The notes under the pieces were generated by a model. That model saw only the letters and a list, made by a program, of their open reading frames with translations, searched no databases and had not been told where the DNA came from. DNA of 64,000 bases from Psammoneis japonica (lineage: Eukaryota): the NCBI GenBank assembly GCA_008632985.1, contig QPGO01000245.1, positions 1 through 64,000 of the forward strand. The letters run 5' to 3'. This document shows, piece after piece, positions 24,600 to 34,983 of this stretch. The position numbers were made by a program, and so were the translations under genes. How positions within the stretch are numbered: the stretch's first letter is position 1; every line of letters begins with the position of its first letter.

Positions 24600-25700
24600 A
24601 TGCTGACCTTTGCACAAAGTCTCAATCTTGAGTGAGTTTTCTGTCTCCAAAGCCTTGGTCATTGCAGCTGGTGCCATCCAGTCATGCAACCCAGGTCCTG
24701 GAGTCAGGTTCATGGAGAGCACTCACCCTTCTCTCTGAATGACAAATTGGCACCAGCACTTTGACAAGCATGGCATCCAAGTGGCCCTCAACAATCTTTT
24801 GCAAGAGACAGAACTGGTGCATTCACAGAAAAGAGCTGCACAAACAGAGAACACAATTTGGTGTTCCCCACCAGAAATCCACTGCCTGCTGCAGAGTGCA
24901 ATGTGCAAGCACAGACTGAAGCAAAAAACAAAACCAAATTCTTGCAGTCATGCAGGCCCTGATGACTTGGCACCCCACAATGTTTTCAGCACATTTGTTG
25001 TGTCTGTCAACAGCTTCAAAGAAGTGGCATTGAAGAAAGCACTGATTGACCCACACTGCAATCTGGGTTGATGTTGGCATTTGTCAAATTGTGATGTGAT
25101 GACTGTGTTGAGTTGGTTGACAAGAATTTCTTGTGGCAACAGGAAGCGTGAATGATGGCATGGCCATTGCAGGGGCTGCATGACATTGTGAGCCAAAAGC
25201 TCTGGAGTGTGCAAGCTGACACTGGGCAGAAGGAAAGGACTCAAGTTTGCAATTGTGTTGTTTGTCAAAAACAGGGACTGCTGGTTCAATGATTTGTTCA
25301 TTTGAAAAGAGAGTCTTTTCACAGGCATGCAATGAGGATGCCGTGAGCTGCAACAGGGCTGCACTGTTGTTGCACAAACAATGGATTGAAGGCTGAGTTC
25401 TTGTGTGGTGCCTGGTGCAACAAAGAAACACAACAAAACATGCAACGGGCAACTGGGTGGCAGAAGATCTTCCAAAACAAATGAGCTGGCTCTGGGCAAG
25501 ATGCTGGGCCACAAAACAGAGCATTGCAAATCTACCACCTTTGGAAAAATTGACTGTTGGCCTGGATGACAAACTTTGGCAATGGCAGATTTGTGGCTGA
25601 AAATGAGCCAGTGTCAAAACATTGTTCAGAATCACAACTGCTTGTGACTTCTGTGAAGAGTGCAGTCACAGGTGCAAAGATTTTTTTGTCAATTTGCCTT
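24600..25700 (+). mobile_element. Possible non-LTR retrotransposon 3' remnant
   Basis: HATGNWVAEDLPKQMSWLWARCWA resembles the TG..W....LW....W C-terminal pattern of stramenopile LINEs. Very decayed. Confidence 0.3.
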
Positions 25701-25829
25701 CTTGTTGGGCATGAGAAAACATGCTGCAGATGACAGCTGTGACAAACAAAGAATGCAAGCAGCTGAGGTAGAGCCACTTAATCGGACATTTATCCAACTG
25801 TTTCGGCAAATGGCAGGCACAACAACGTT

Positions 25830-25877
25830 GGCCGAAGTCAGGAGAATGAGACTTTCGCGGTGGCTTCATCAGCGGCC
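25830..25877 (-). ncRNA. Type I hammerhead ribozyme (copy 1)
   Basis: Minus strand reads GGCCG-CUGAUGA-A-GC(CACC)GC-GAAA-GUC(UCAUUCUCCU)GAC-UU-CGGCC. The core is intact, with a 5-bp stem I, a short stem II and stem III. Confidence 0.8.
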
Positions 25878-25966
25878 GGCTGTTGTTGTTGACGTGGTTG
25901 AGGTTGTTGCGTTAAAAAATCCGAGTGGTGGAGGACAGGCGAGTTGACTCGATTGATTAATTCAAA

Positions 25967-25971
25967 TCACC

Positions 25972-26010
<39 letters not shown>

Positions 26011-28280
26011 GGGCCTCCCTGTTTGCAATCCGGCAGGACAAAACTGGGGGGCCATGGGAGATGCAAAGTTTGCAACAAGACAGAAGGTTTCCGAGGTTGT
26101 GTGAGCGGCCACAACAGACAATCATGCGGTCAAGGCCGATGCGTTGTCGAGCGTGATTTCGAAGGTTTGAGAGGGGTTGTGAGCAGGGAGGGGTGGCCAT
26201 GGCACCTTTCCAAATTTGCTGCAGTTCACTTGATGGCGGATCATTCGGATGACAGGGGATGTGCAGAAAGATGGGGTTCGACTGAGGTGCTTGGATTGTT
26301 CCGGTGGCGTTGCCAAGGATGCGGTCATGTGCCTTGTGGAAGAGCAGTTGCAGTTTGCTGGGCTTGTAGCCTCGAGCTTGAAGTCGAAGGCAGAGCAGTC
26401 TCATTTTCGCTTTGGCATCGTCAGTGTCGGAGCAGAGGTTTTTGAAGCGAAAGAGCATGCCCATGACAAGGCCGGTGAGTGCTCCAGGCGGATGAGCTGA
26501 GTGAGGCGGGATGTGCATGTGTGGGTTCATTTCTTTTTCATAAAGGGTGGCATGCAGGTGGGAGCCTTGGAGTGAGATCGTGAGGTCCATGAAGTTGACT
26601 TGGTGGCTTCGGGCGCTCGTGATCCAGGTGATGTCGAAGTCGTTGAGCCTGGAGGTAAATGCTTCCCAGGTGGCGGAGTCGGTGGCAGAGTCGGTGATGC
26701 GCCAAATGCCAAAGACGTCGTCAATGAATCGTTTGCAATAAAACAGCTGGGAGCCAAACTCCTCCAGGAGCATGTCTTCGTGAAGTGCGCAGCATGAGGC
26801 AGCGCATGGAGGGGCGGGTGGTGTGCCCATGGCGGTTCCATTGCGCTGGTGCCAGGTTGCATCTCCGAATGTGAGTGCATTGTTTTCCACAACGATTCAG
26901 AGGGCTTTGATGAGGGCGTCCGTTGGTGCATCGTTGCAGTCATTTTCATGACGTCGGAGGTGGGCGGCGATCAATCGAAGTGCTTTGTTGGCAGGTGTGT
27001 TGGAGCAGCAGGCCTCGGTGTCGGATGTGAAGAGGAGGCAGTTCAGTGGTAACTCCATTCGGACGAGTGCTTGTTTCAGGTCCAGGGAGCTCTTGAAGTG
27101 TGAACGTTGGTGGCGAGCAATCTTCTGGAGCTTGTCGTCTACCCAGATGCCTGAGCCGTAGAGCAGGCTGCCACTGGTGGAAACGATTGGTCGAGATCGT
27201 AGCGGTGGGGGGCTTGTGCACCTTTAGAGTGAGGCAGAAGACAGGGAACGGGTCTTCGTCAGTTTCGAGACAGTTTTTGAGGTGCTTGCGTTCCATGGGG
27301 GTGAGGCTGGCTTTGCATGTCGTGAGCCAATCGTTGAGGAGGTTTTTGATGCGGCGTTCATAGAATCGGGTTTCAAATTCGTTGAGGAAACGACATGCGT
27401 TGGCACCATTAAGGTGGTCGCGGCATGCCATCTTGACATGTTCAGTCTTTTCGATGATGGCGGGTCCCAAGTTCTTGTCGCATTGAGCTGTTGTGAAGTC
27501 ATCTTGTTTGTGAAGGTAGGTGAGGGCGCGACGTTGGTGAGGCAGGAGGTTGGTTCTGCCACGGCGTTTCACGAGCAGCTTGGTGACTTGTGTCTTGAAA
27601 GCAGTGTAGCGGCATTTGACGATGTTGGTGAGTTTCCAAGAGGGAGGTGTCCAATTGGACCGGAGGTGCATCCGGGGGTTGCAATCTCCATCAGCATTGT
27701 CAATTGGGGCATTGGCAAAATGCTCACGCTTGTCGAGGTCTTGCTTGAATCGTCCGAGTGTGTGTTCTTGGATCTTGGAGGACTTCCCGTCATTGGCGAA
27801 GCGTGGTGTTGGGATAAATTTCAAGCCGAGACCGAGCAGTGATTGAAGGTTTTTTGGTGGTTGTTTTGTTGTGATGCAGTCATGGAAGGCAAGGTGAGAG
27901 GGCCTGCTGAAGCAGTGCCAGGCAGGCATGTGTTGGAGGTGGATGCAGGCGTTGTGGTGGGTTGTGCGAGATGGATCGGCGACGAATCCGTGTGTGCGGT
28001 GGATTCGGCGGTGGATCGCCTCTAGCGCCTGTTCCGATTGGTGCTGGAGCGCTGTTGCTTCTTTTTCGATGGCTGTTTCGATTTGGAGCGACGGCGATTG
28101 CTTTTGTTGGCGCTGGCGGTGTCGTTGTCGGCATCGTCGGCTTCGCGGTCGCGCTGAGGACGTTGTTTCCTCGGTTGACCCGATGAGGCACCTTTGCCTT
28201 TTTCTTTTTGTGATGAGGCGCCGGCGGTGTGAGTGCGGCCCCTCTGGGTGTTTGATTGAGCCTTCATGGACTTGATTCAT
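25967..28280 (-). pseudogene. Penelope-like reverse transcriptase (disabled by a frameshift at about 27190, a TGA at about 26898, and many Tyr>Cys/His changes)
   Basis: Motifs LLGLGLKFIPTP, CDKNLGPAII, FCLTLKVHK, LFTSD..CCSN (motif A), GTAMGTPPAP (B'), KRFIDDVFGIW (C), VNFMDLTI, LYEK..IPPHSAHPPG, RLQARGY and LHIPCHP. The ORF runs into (GA)n. Confidence 0.9.
25973..26008. repeat. (TC)n microsatellite at the junction between the RT 3' end and the downstream repeat
   Basis: Directly visible. Confidence 0.95.
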
Positions 28281-29306
28281 TGGGCAAGCGAGTTGACCTG
28301 TTGGGAGAGTTTTTTGGTGTTTTTCTCGGTTTCCTTGCGGATTAGTTCTTGCAGGGTGGCAGGGTCGACGGCGGCTTCATTGTCAATTTCCATGTTGGCG
28401 TGTTCGGCAGCCTCTGTGTCAAAGTGTTCTTTGTTCAGTTTCTTCAGCTGGAGGCTGATGTCGTGTTTCTTTTTGGTTTCGAGGTGGGTTTCCCAGGGAG
28501 ACACGAAGATGCATTCAAACGCTCAGAAAATCTTGCTGAGCTCAGTCTCGACTTTCTGTTGTGCGGTGGTGATCTGCGGAGCTGCTGGTGCTGGTGCGGG
28601 TTCTTGTGTTAGGAACAAGGAGTCGCCAGCTCGGTCCTCTTCTTGTGTTGGTCGAGCGGCAGGGGCAACCAGCGGTTGAGGCAGGTCAGGGACGGTGTTT
28701 GCAGTCTTGTGCTTGGCAAGGAAGGCATTGAGGTCGCGGGCCATGACGTGTTTGAGTAACGTCTCATGGCAGCGGTCGAGTGGGGGTGACCACTGCAGTG
28801 TCGACAGGCGTGTTGATGCTGTCGGCCACAACGAAACTTTCGGTTGCGAGTCGGATGGCTTTCGCGTGCGACTCCAAAATTTCTTCTTGGATGACTCGGA
28901 GTTCAATCTTGGTGGCTTGGATAACTTGCTTTTTGAAAGCTAGTTGGGTTGTAGAGATGAGGTCATTGGTTTCCTCCTGCAGAGCTAAAAACTCCTGGCT
29001 CTGTTCAGCGGTTTTCGACATTTGAAATTCGAAATTGATGCGGGCTGAGCGGGGGATGAACTCCTCATCTTGTTCCATCCGTTGGATGTGAAAGGCCTTG
29101 TTGTGGGCCCCAGCTTGCAATTGGATGTGGTGGAGAGCAAGCTTCTCAAGGATGGTGGCTATTTCTGGTTGGAGCGACACGATGTGGTTCCTGATGCGTT
29201 GGGCAGCGGTGGCAAGGGGTGTCCTTGTTTGCTGGTTGGCTGGGTTCACCGCAGTTGAATCGAAACGCGTGCGTTTTGGATTGGTGGTCTCGGTCGCAGC
29301 ATCCAT
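28022..29306 (-). pseudogene. ORF1 of the Penelope-like element (coiled-coil with Lys/Arg-rich tail), disrupted
   Basis: ORF pieces 28764-29306 (FIPRSARINF), 28523-28760, 28277-28504 and 28022-28267. The last two are in frame across a TGA (likely CGA>TGA) and overlap the RT frame. Confidence 0.7.
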
Positions 29307-29460
29307 TGTTGTCGTTTCACTCTCTCTCGAATGAACGAACGAATCGGCACAGCCGATTCTCCGTCAAATGTGACAAACAAAGAATGCAAGCAGCTGAGGT
29401 AGAGCCACTTAATCGGACATTTATCCAACTGTTTCGGCAAATGGCAGGCACAACAACGTT

Positions 29461-29508
29461 GGCCGAAGTCAGGAGAATGAGACTTTCGCGGTGGCTTCAT
29501 CAGCGGCC
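29461..29508 (-). ncRNA. Type I hammerhead ribozyme (copy 2), upstream of ORF1
   Basis: Identical to 25830-25877. Confidence 0.8.
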
Positions 29509-30326
29509 GGCTGTTGTTGTTGACGTGGTTGAGGTTGTTGCGTTAAAAAATCCGAGTGGTGGAGGACAGGCGAGTTGACTCGATTGANNNNNNNNNNNNN
29601 NNNNNNNNNNNNNNNNNNNNNNNNNNNNNNNNNNNNNNNNNNNNNNNNNNNNNNNNNNNNNNNNNNNNNNGGGGGGGGGGGGGCTGCTTTTTCCAACCTT
29701 CACACAGAGGAGGGAGGCTCCCTGGGCCAAAACAATCTGGAGTTTAGAAAAACAACTGTGCCGCGGACTTCCCAGAGTTGAGGGAGATGTTCGGCTTCTC
29801 CACAAGCTCAAGAGGGTAGTCAGAAAGTTTGTGTCTGGTGTGCTGCACTTTTTTCCAAAGGTGTGGGCCCAGGTGAGCTGGCAGTCATGTCTGCCCCAGC
29901 TGCAGGGGTTGCTTCAACCATCTGGCCCAAAAACTGTTTGACAAGAACAAGACTTGCACCATCTGGAAACACACAGATGAGCATGCAACCCAGATGGCAG
30001 TGGATGGTGTCACACAAGCAAAGTGTCCAGAGACAGATTTTTGGCATGCAAGTCAACCAAGAAGCTTTGCCAAGTCAACCCAACACCAGGAGCTTCCAAC
30101 TTTGCAGGACTTGAGGTGCTCTGATCTTGAGAGAGAGGCCAGAATGCTGGTGCAGTGAGGAAGATTTCATCACAGAGGCTCCCCTCAGATGAGATGTGAT
30201 GTGGTGTGCCACAGAGAGCTGCACCACACAAGTTGCCAGGCAAGTCTGCCACTTTTGGTGTGAGCCTTGACCACCCCCTGGACCATCTTGACTTCACCAG
30301 AAGCTCCTTCTTGCCAGGGCCAGCTC

Positions 30327-30328
<2 letters not shown>

Positions 30329-30367
<39 letters not shown>

Positions 30368-30638
30368 GATCAAAATTGGCAAAGCCAATTTTCCGTCAAA
30401 TGTGACAAACAACAGCGGTGCAAGCAGCTGGGGCAGAGCTGCTTAATTGGATGTTTGTCCAACTGTTTTGGTGAATGGCAGGCACAACAACATTGGCCCA
30501 AGTCAGGAGAATGAGGCTTTTGTGGTGGCTTCATCAGCAGCCGGCTGTTGTTGTCATTGTGTGGTGGGCGTTGTTGCGTTAAAAAGATCCAAAGAAGGAC
30601 AGACAGGTTGATTAAATTGATTCAATTCAAGTCAAGTT

Positions 30639-30674
<36 letters not shown>
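30329..30674 (-). mobile_element. Older degenerate copy of the PLE 5' repeat (inactivated hammerhead), flanked on both sides by (CT)n
   Basis: 30363-30630 aligns with 29329-29587, with TA>CA/TG and CG>TG/CA changes. The hammerhead GAAA has become AAAA. Confidence 0.8.
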
Positions 30675-30677
<3 letters not shown>

Positions 30678-32682
30678 GGCCTCCATGTCCATCTTGACTT
30701 CACCAGAAGCTCCTTCTTGCCAGGGCCAGCTCATCTCTCTCTCTCTCTCTCTCTCTTGTTCTTCCAGCTTTGGAAAGAGCCCCAGCTGGCTGTTTGTCTC
30801 TTTTGTCTCTCTGAACATGTCAAGCTTTCTTGTGTGTCTGCCACTGACCAAGAGCTTGTTTGTGGCTTGTCTGAATCATTTCCAGATGATGCCTCAACTT
30901 TTGACAACAATGTTGAAGTGCAACACTTGGTCTCTTTGTGCATTTTGTGGGTGGTGACACACAGGAGCTTCCTGAACTGATTTTTTCTGTGCTGTGTGTG
31001 ACTTCTTGCTCTGCTTGGCTGTGGCAAGAGAACAAGCTCAACCATGTGCTTTTCACTCATTGACGCCAAGTTTGCCTTTCCTGAGACAGCCACATTTAGA
31101 GGCCACAGTGTCTCTGCTCATTTTTGAGTCTCCAGTTGGAGCACCCCATGCTTTTGTGATGTCTTGCACACACTGGTCAGCTCCATTTCAGCAGCAGTGC
31201 ACCCCCCCCCCCCCCAGTTTGAGGATCCTGCAGAGGGGGGAAATTCAGAGAAAAAGAGAACAACTGAGTTCCATCCATTGCATGCCTGTGCAAAAGCAAA
31301 AGCCTTCTCAACACGGGGAAGAGGATGTGCTTTTGTCCCAAGCTTGGCTCACAGAGATTGTCATTGTTCAGGCTCAAATTTTCTTGTCATGCCATGCATC
31401 CAAGTTCTGCCCCTCCCTGTGTTGGCAGCAGTGTTTGTGCAATGGGGAGTGAAAGAACAACCAAGTTCTGCAAATTGCATGCCTGCACAAAATGCCCTCC
31501 AGCTGTCCCACCTTGGCTCAGAGGTTGTTGTTCTTTCAACTTGGGTCATTGCACTGTGGGCCCACTTCAATTGTGTGTGCACATGAAAGAAAGCAGCAGG
31601 GGCAAATGGACAGAGATGGGAGATGACATGCTGAAAAGGCTTGCTGCTTGTTTTGTCTGCTGGTGCAAGTGCAGAAGTCAAGATGCTGTGTGAGCACTGC
31701 AAGAAGGGAAATTGACATGTGCACAAGTGTTGAGTTTCAAAGCTTGCATGACAAATTGCCACAAATTGTTTTTAAAAACCACCCATTGTCAATTGAAAAT
31801 TTCATCTGTGTGTTTGTGAGATGTCAATGCAAACATGCACAGCTTTGTTTGCATCATGTGTCATTGCATTGTCAGCCTTTGTTGCTTCTCTGTTTCATGC
31901 TGCAATTTTGCAGATTTGCATGGCTCTAAATGACACACAGCAGAAGTGCAAAATGCACAGGAGCAAGCCACAGCCATTGACATGCCACTTGCAATCACAA
32001 AACAAGGGGAGCTCTGTGTGTCCTTCTGGCACTCTTTGGGTGCTTGTTGAGATTTTTTTCAGCAGGTGCACACACCCAGCATTGGCTGTGGCTCCAGCTG
32101 TTGACAAACAATGGACGGGAGACACCACTCCCCTCTGCAGTTTGTGCCCTGTTCCAGGCTGTTGTTTGTCACAAAAGGCAATGGGTTGGCTTTCAGGCAC
32201 AACATGGGCTTTTCTGCTGCTCCTCAGTGGCCATGTCCTGTGTGGAATCTTTGACAAAAGGTCTGTGGGGAAATGCCATTGTTTTGTTGCAGTGTGTCTG
32301 AGCACAGCATTGTCTGCTGGGGGCATGGTCAAAGCAGAAAGGGGGATGCCACTGCCCAAAAAAACTGGCAGCAAAGATTGCTCTCGTGATTCAAGGTGCA
32401 ACTTTCACCGCAGTTGCTCGTGTTCCATTTTTTACAACTCCATTGGACTCATTGTCATTGTGATCACAACTCTGCAAAAGTGCAGATGCGTGACAACACA
32501 CATTGGCACCGCGCGTTGGCTGAGAGGAACTGCGCTGGATGGCTTTTTATGACTCACTCGTGGTTATCTACGGTACTTGCTTTTGCGAAGTCAAACAGAA
32601 GGTAGGTACAGGAGTGAACAAAGTTTAGTTTTATCGCTTACAGCACAGTAACTGAAAAGGCAGGGAACACGGTTGCTTGTTC

Positions 32683-34264
32683 CTAAGCTGCCTTTTCCTT
32701 CGAAGCATCATGGCCGCTCTCATCCAAGACAGCGTCAAGCGCTTCCTCCATCGTGGCTACAGTTTCAGGAATGTTGCCCATCTTATCCAGCCCAAAGAGA
32801 CCAATCCTAAAGGTACGGAGTCCATCAGGTTCGTCAATCCTCCACGGGACACCCATGGCGATTTGCATGCCCTGTCCCTTGAATCGCTGCATCATGACTG
32901 GGTTGTCCACGCCCGTCGGACTGTAGTAAACCAAAACTCCAGGAGCCTGAAAGCCGGGTGCTGCAACAGATACTAGTCCACGTGAACTAACAGCATCTCG
33001 CGCCGCCTTTCCGAGGTCCAACTGAGCCTGCTTCAGTTCAGGGAGACCAAACTTCAAGGTTTCTACACTGATTTCGTGGAAATCACGCAGACCATCCGTG
33101 GGCATGGTTGTGTGGTAACCAAATGCGCCCTTTTCATACGTGTCCATAATGGCAGACCATCTCTTGAGGCTCATGCTGAAGGACGTTTCTTGCGTGGTGG
33201 ACATTTTCGCCACTGCATTATCCGACATCATTACGAGTGCGGCACAAGCGGGGCCAGTCCAACCCTTTTGAGGGGCAGAAATCACAACGTCAACACCCAA
33301 GTCTTTCATATCGGCCCAGACGGTCTGCATTTCAAGTTAAAAGTAATACAAGCAATCCTGTCAGTTTCCCATTGCAGCATGCCGTTTTGTTTCATAACAT
33401 ATACTCACACCAGATGCAATGCAATCCAAAACAAACAAGCCTCCCACGTCGTGCATGGCGGCACTGGCCTTTCGGATATAGTCATCCGGCAAAATCATAC
33501 CCGTGGACGTTTCCACGTGAGGAGCAAACAAGACCGCCGGTCGCTCCTCGTAAATTTTCGCAACCACGTCATCGATAGGGTAAGGTGCATACTGCTGATT
33601 CTCTGGGTTGTCACCAGGCTGAGGCTGCGCCATGAGGACAGTGTGTGACTTGGGGATTGTGTGCCCTTCTGTAATTGCCGTATGGCGAGAGTAATCAGTG
33701 CAAATGAGTCACCCGGTGAAAGATACTACTAAAACATCTTGACCAGCCACGTACCTCCACCCATGTCAAATATTTCTGTCCAGCGAAAGGAGAACCACCC
33801 ATTACGAATCACCATGACGTGTTCGTCGGTCGCAAACTGACGTGCCACAGCTTCCATACCAAAAGTTCCCGATCTGTGGAATTCAAAGATTTTTCATCGA
33901 AAAAGTACCGTTAGTTCCTGATTCTGAAGTACTTTTACGCAGAAGGCGGTATTAACAAAAAGCGCTTTTCTCTTCAAACATACCCTGGAATAATCGCAAC
34001 CTTAGAAGCATTATAAGTGGTTTTCAATAGATTATTCAAGTCTCTCATGACTTTCTGGAAGGGATCGCTCATGAGGTTAAGCGCCCGATTCGTGAAGATG
34101 ACCGAGTATTCTTTGTACTGTCCGAAATCATCCTTTGGAACCACGTCGTATGTCAAATCATCGCTAGACGCAGAGAAGGCTCTTGGTGCCGACGCTGTGA
34201 CCGCTCGGGCGGCAGGGGCTCTGCGACCCAAGGTCCTTGCAGTTGATCGCAACATCATCATCAT
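32683..34264 (-). CDS. Class-V aminotransferase (alanine-glyoxylate/serine-pyruvate type) with probable mitochondrial transit peptide; exons 34264-33984, 33873-33755, 33668-33409, 33324-32683
   Basis: Motifs EYSVIFTNRALN, IIPGSGTFGMEAVARQF, FAPHVETSTG, LDCIASG, ISAPQKGW (PLP lysine) and FRIGLFGLDK. Three GT-AG introns keep the frame. Confidence 0.92.
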
Positions 34265-34983
34265 GGTTGTTTTGGAGATGTTGTTGGCAAAATGGGCGAG
34301 CGAGAAAGGATTTCGTACTCGCCAACGTCACGATGACGAAATCATGATGCATGAAGAAACCTACGTAGAATCAATACCATTCCCCACGCATAAAGACAGC
34401 TGTGTAATGACGTCATACTCTAGAAAATCGTGCTGACGTGGTCTGTCGAATGGAATTTCTGCTCGTACGACGAACGTACGCTCGCTTACGTAAACACATA
34501 CATACAACAATAGAAAGACGGATAATAATTAATGCGTTTAACATTTTTTCTTTGTACAGTACTCAATTATTCAATCTTGACTAGAAACAACATTGTTTAA
34601 CGGACAGAAATGTCTTTGACATCCTAGAAACGGTATTATTATTTAATTAGAAATGTCCTTGACAAGAATTCTTACTAATTAAGATTTTTCCTCTCTGTTC
34701 CTTTATATAATGATTGGTGCGCAATCTGGCCAGAAATGTCTTGTCAGGTGTTTTCGGGTCCACGAAAGATAATATAGGATCCTGCGTGAGAATGACACTT
34801 ACGGCTGTGCAGTTTTCATGCATTTTTTTAAAGTTTATGTTCGAAGTTGAAGTGAAGGGGACGAAAAGCGAATTATTTCTCCATGCCGTGTTGACAACAT
34901 GACACAAGACAACAAAAGACGTCCACCACCTCTCAAAGTAGTATCTCTGTGCTCTTTCTCTCATCACGAAAATAATATCGATC

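Larger units (their letters stand above)
25738..29587 (-). mobile_element. Endonuclease-deficient Penelope-like retroelement (ORF1 + RT) flanked by 219-bp hammerhead-containing direct repeats
   Basis: PLE-type RT motifs, an upstream coiled-coil/basic ORF1, and direct repeats at 25738-25956 and 29369-29587. No GIY-YIG domain was seen. Confidence 0.88.
21660..32550. other. Hypermutated repeat domain B (TpA-depleted; also CpG-depleted except in the younger Penelope-like insert)
   Basis: Same compositional signature as domain A, bounded by the P4H upstream region and the aminotransferase 3' end. Confidence 0.9.

Noticed and set aside
25967..28280. Bacterial retron, group II intron, DGR or telomerase RT
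   Set aside because: The DKNLG, GTAMG-P-AP, RFIDD and HSAHP motifs plus hammerhead repeats fit a Penelope-like element. No msr/msd, template/variable repeat pair or TERT T motif was seen.
4700..32550. Fungal-type RIP or plain 5mC deamination as the full explanation
   Set aside because: RIP creates TpA and stop codons, whereas here TpA is lost. CpG decay cannot turn TAY codons into TGY/CAY, and CpG is retained in tracts that have already lost TpA.
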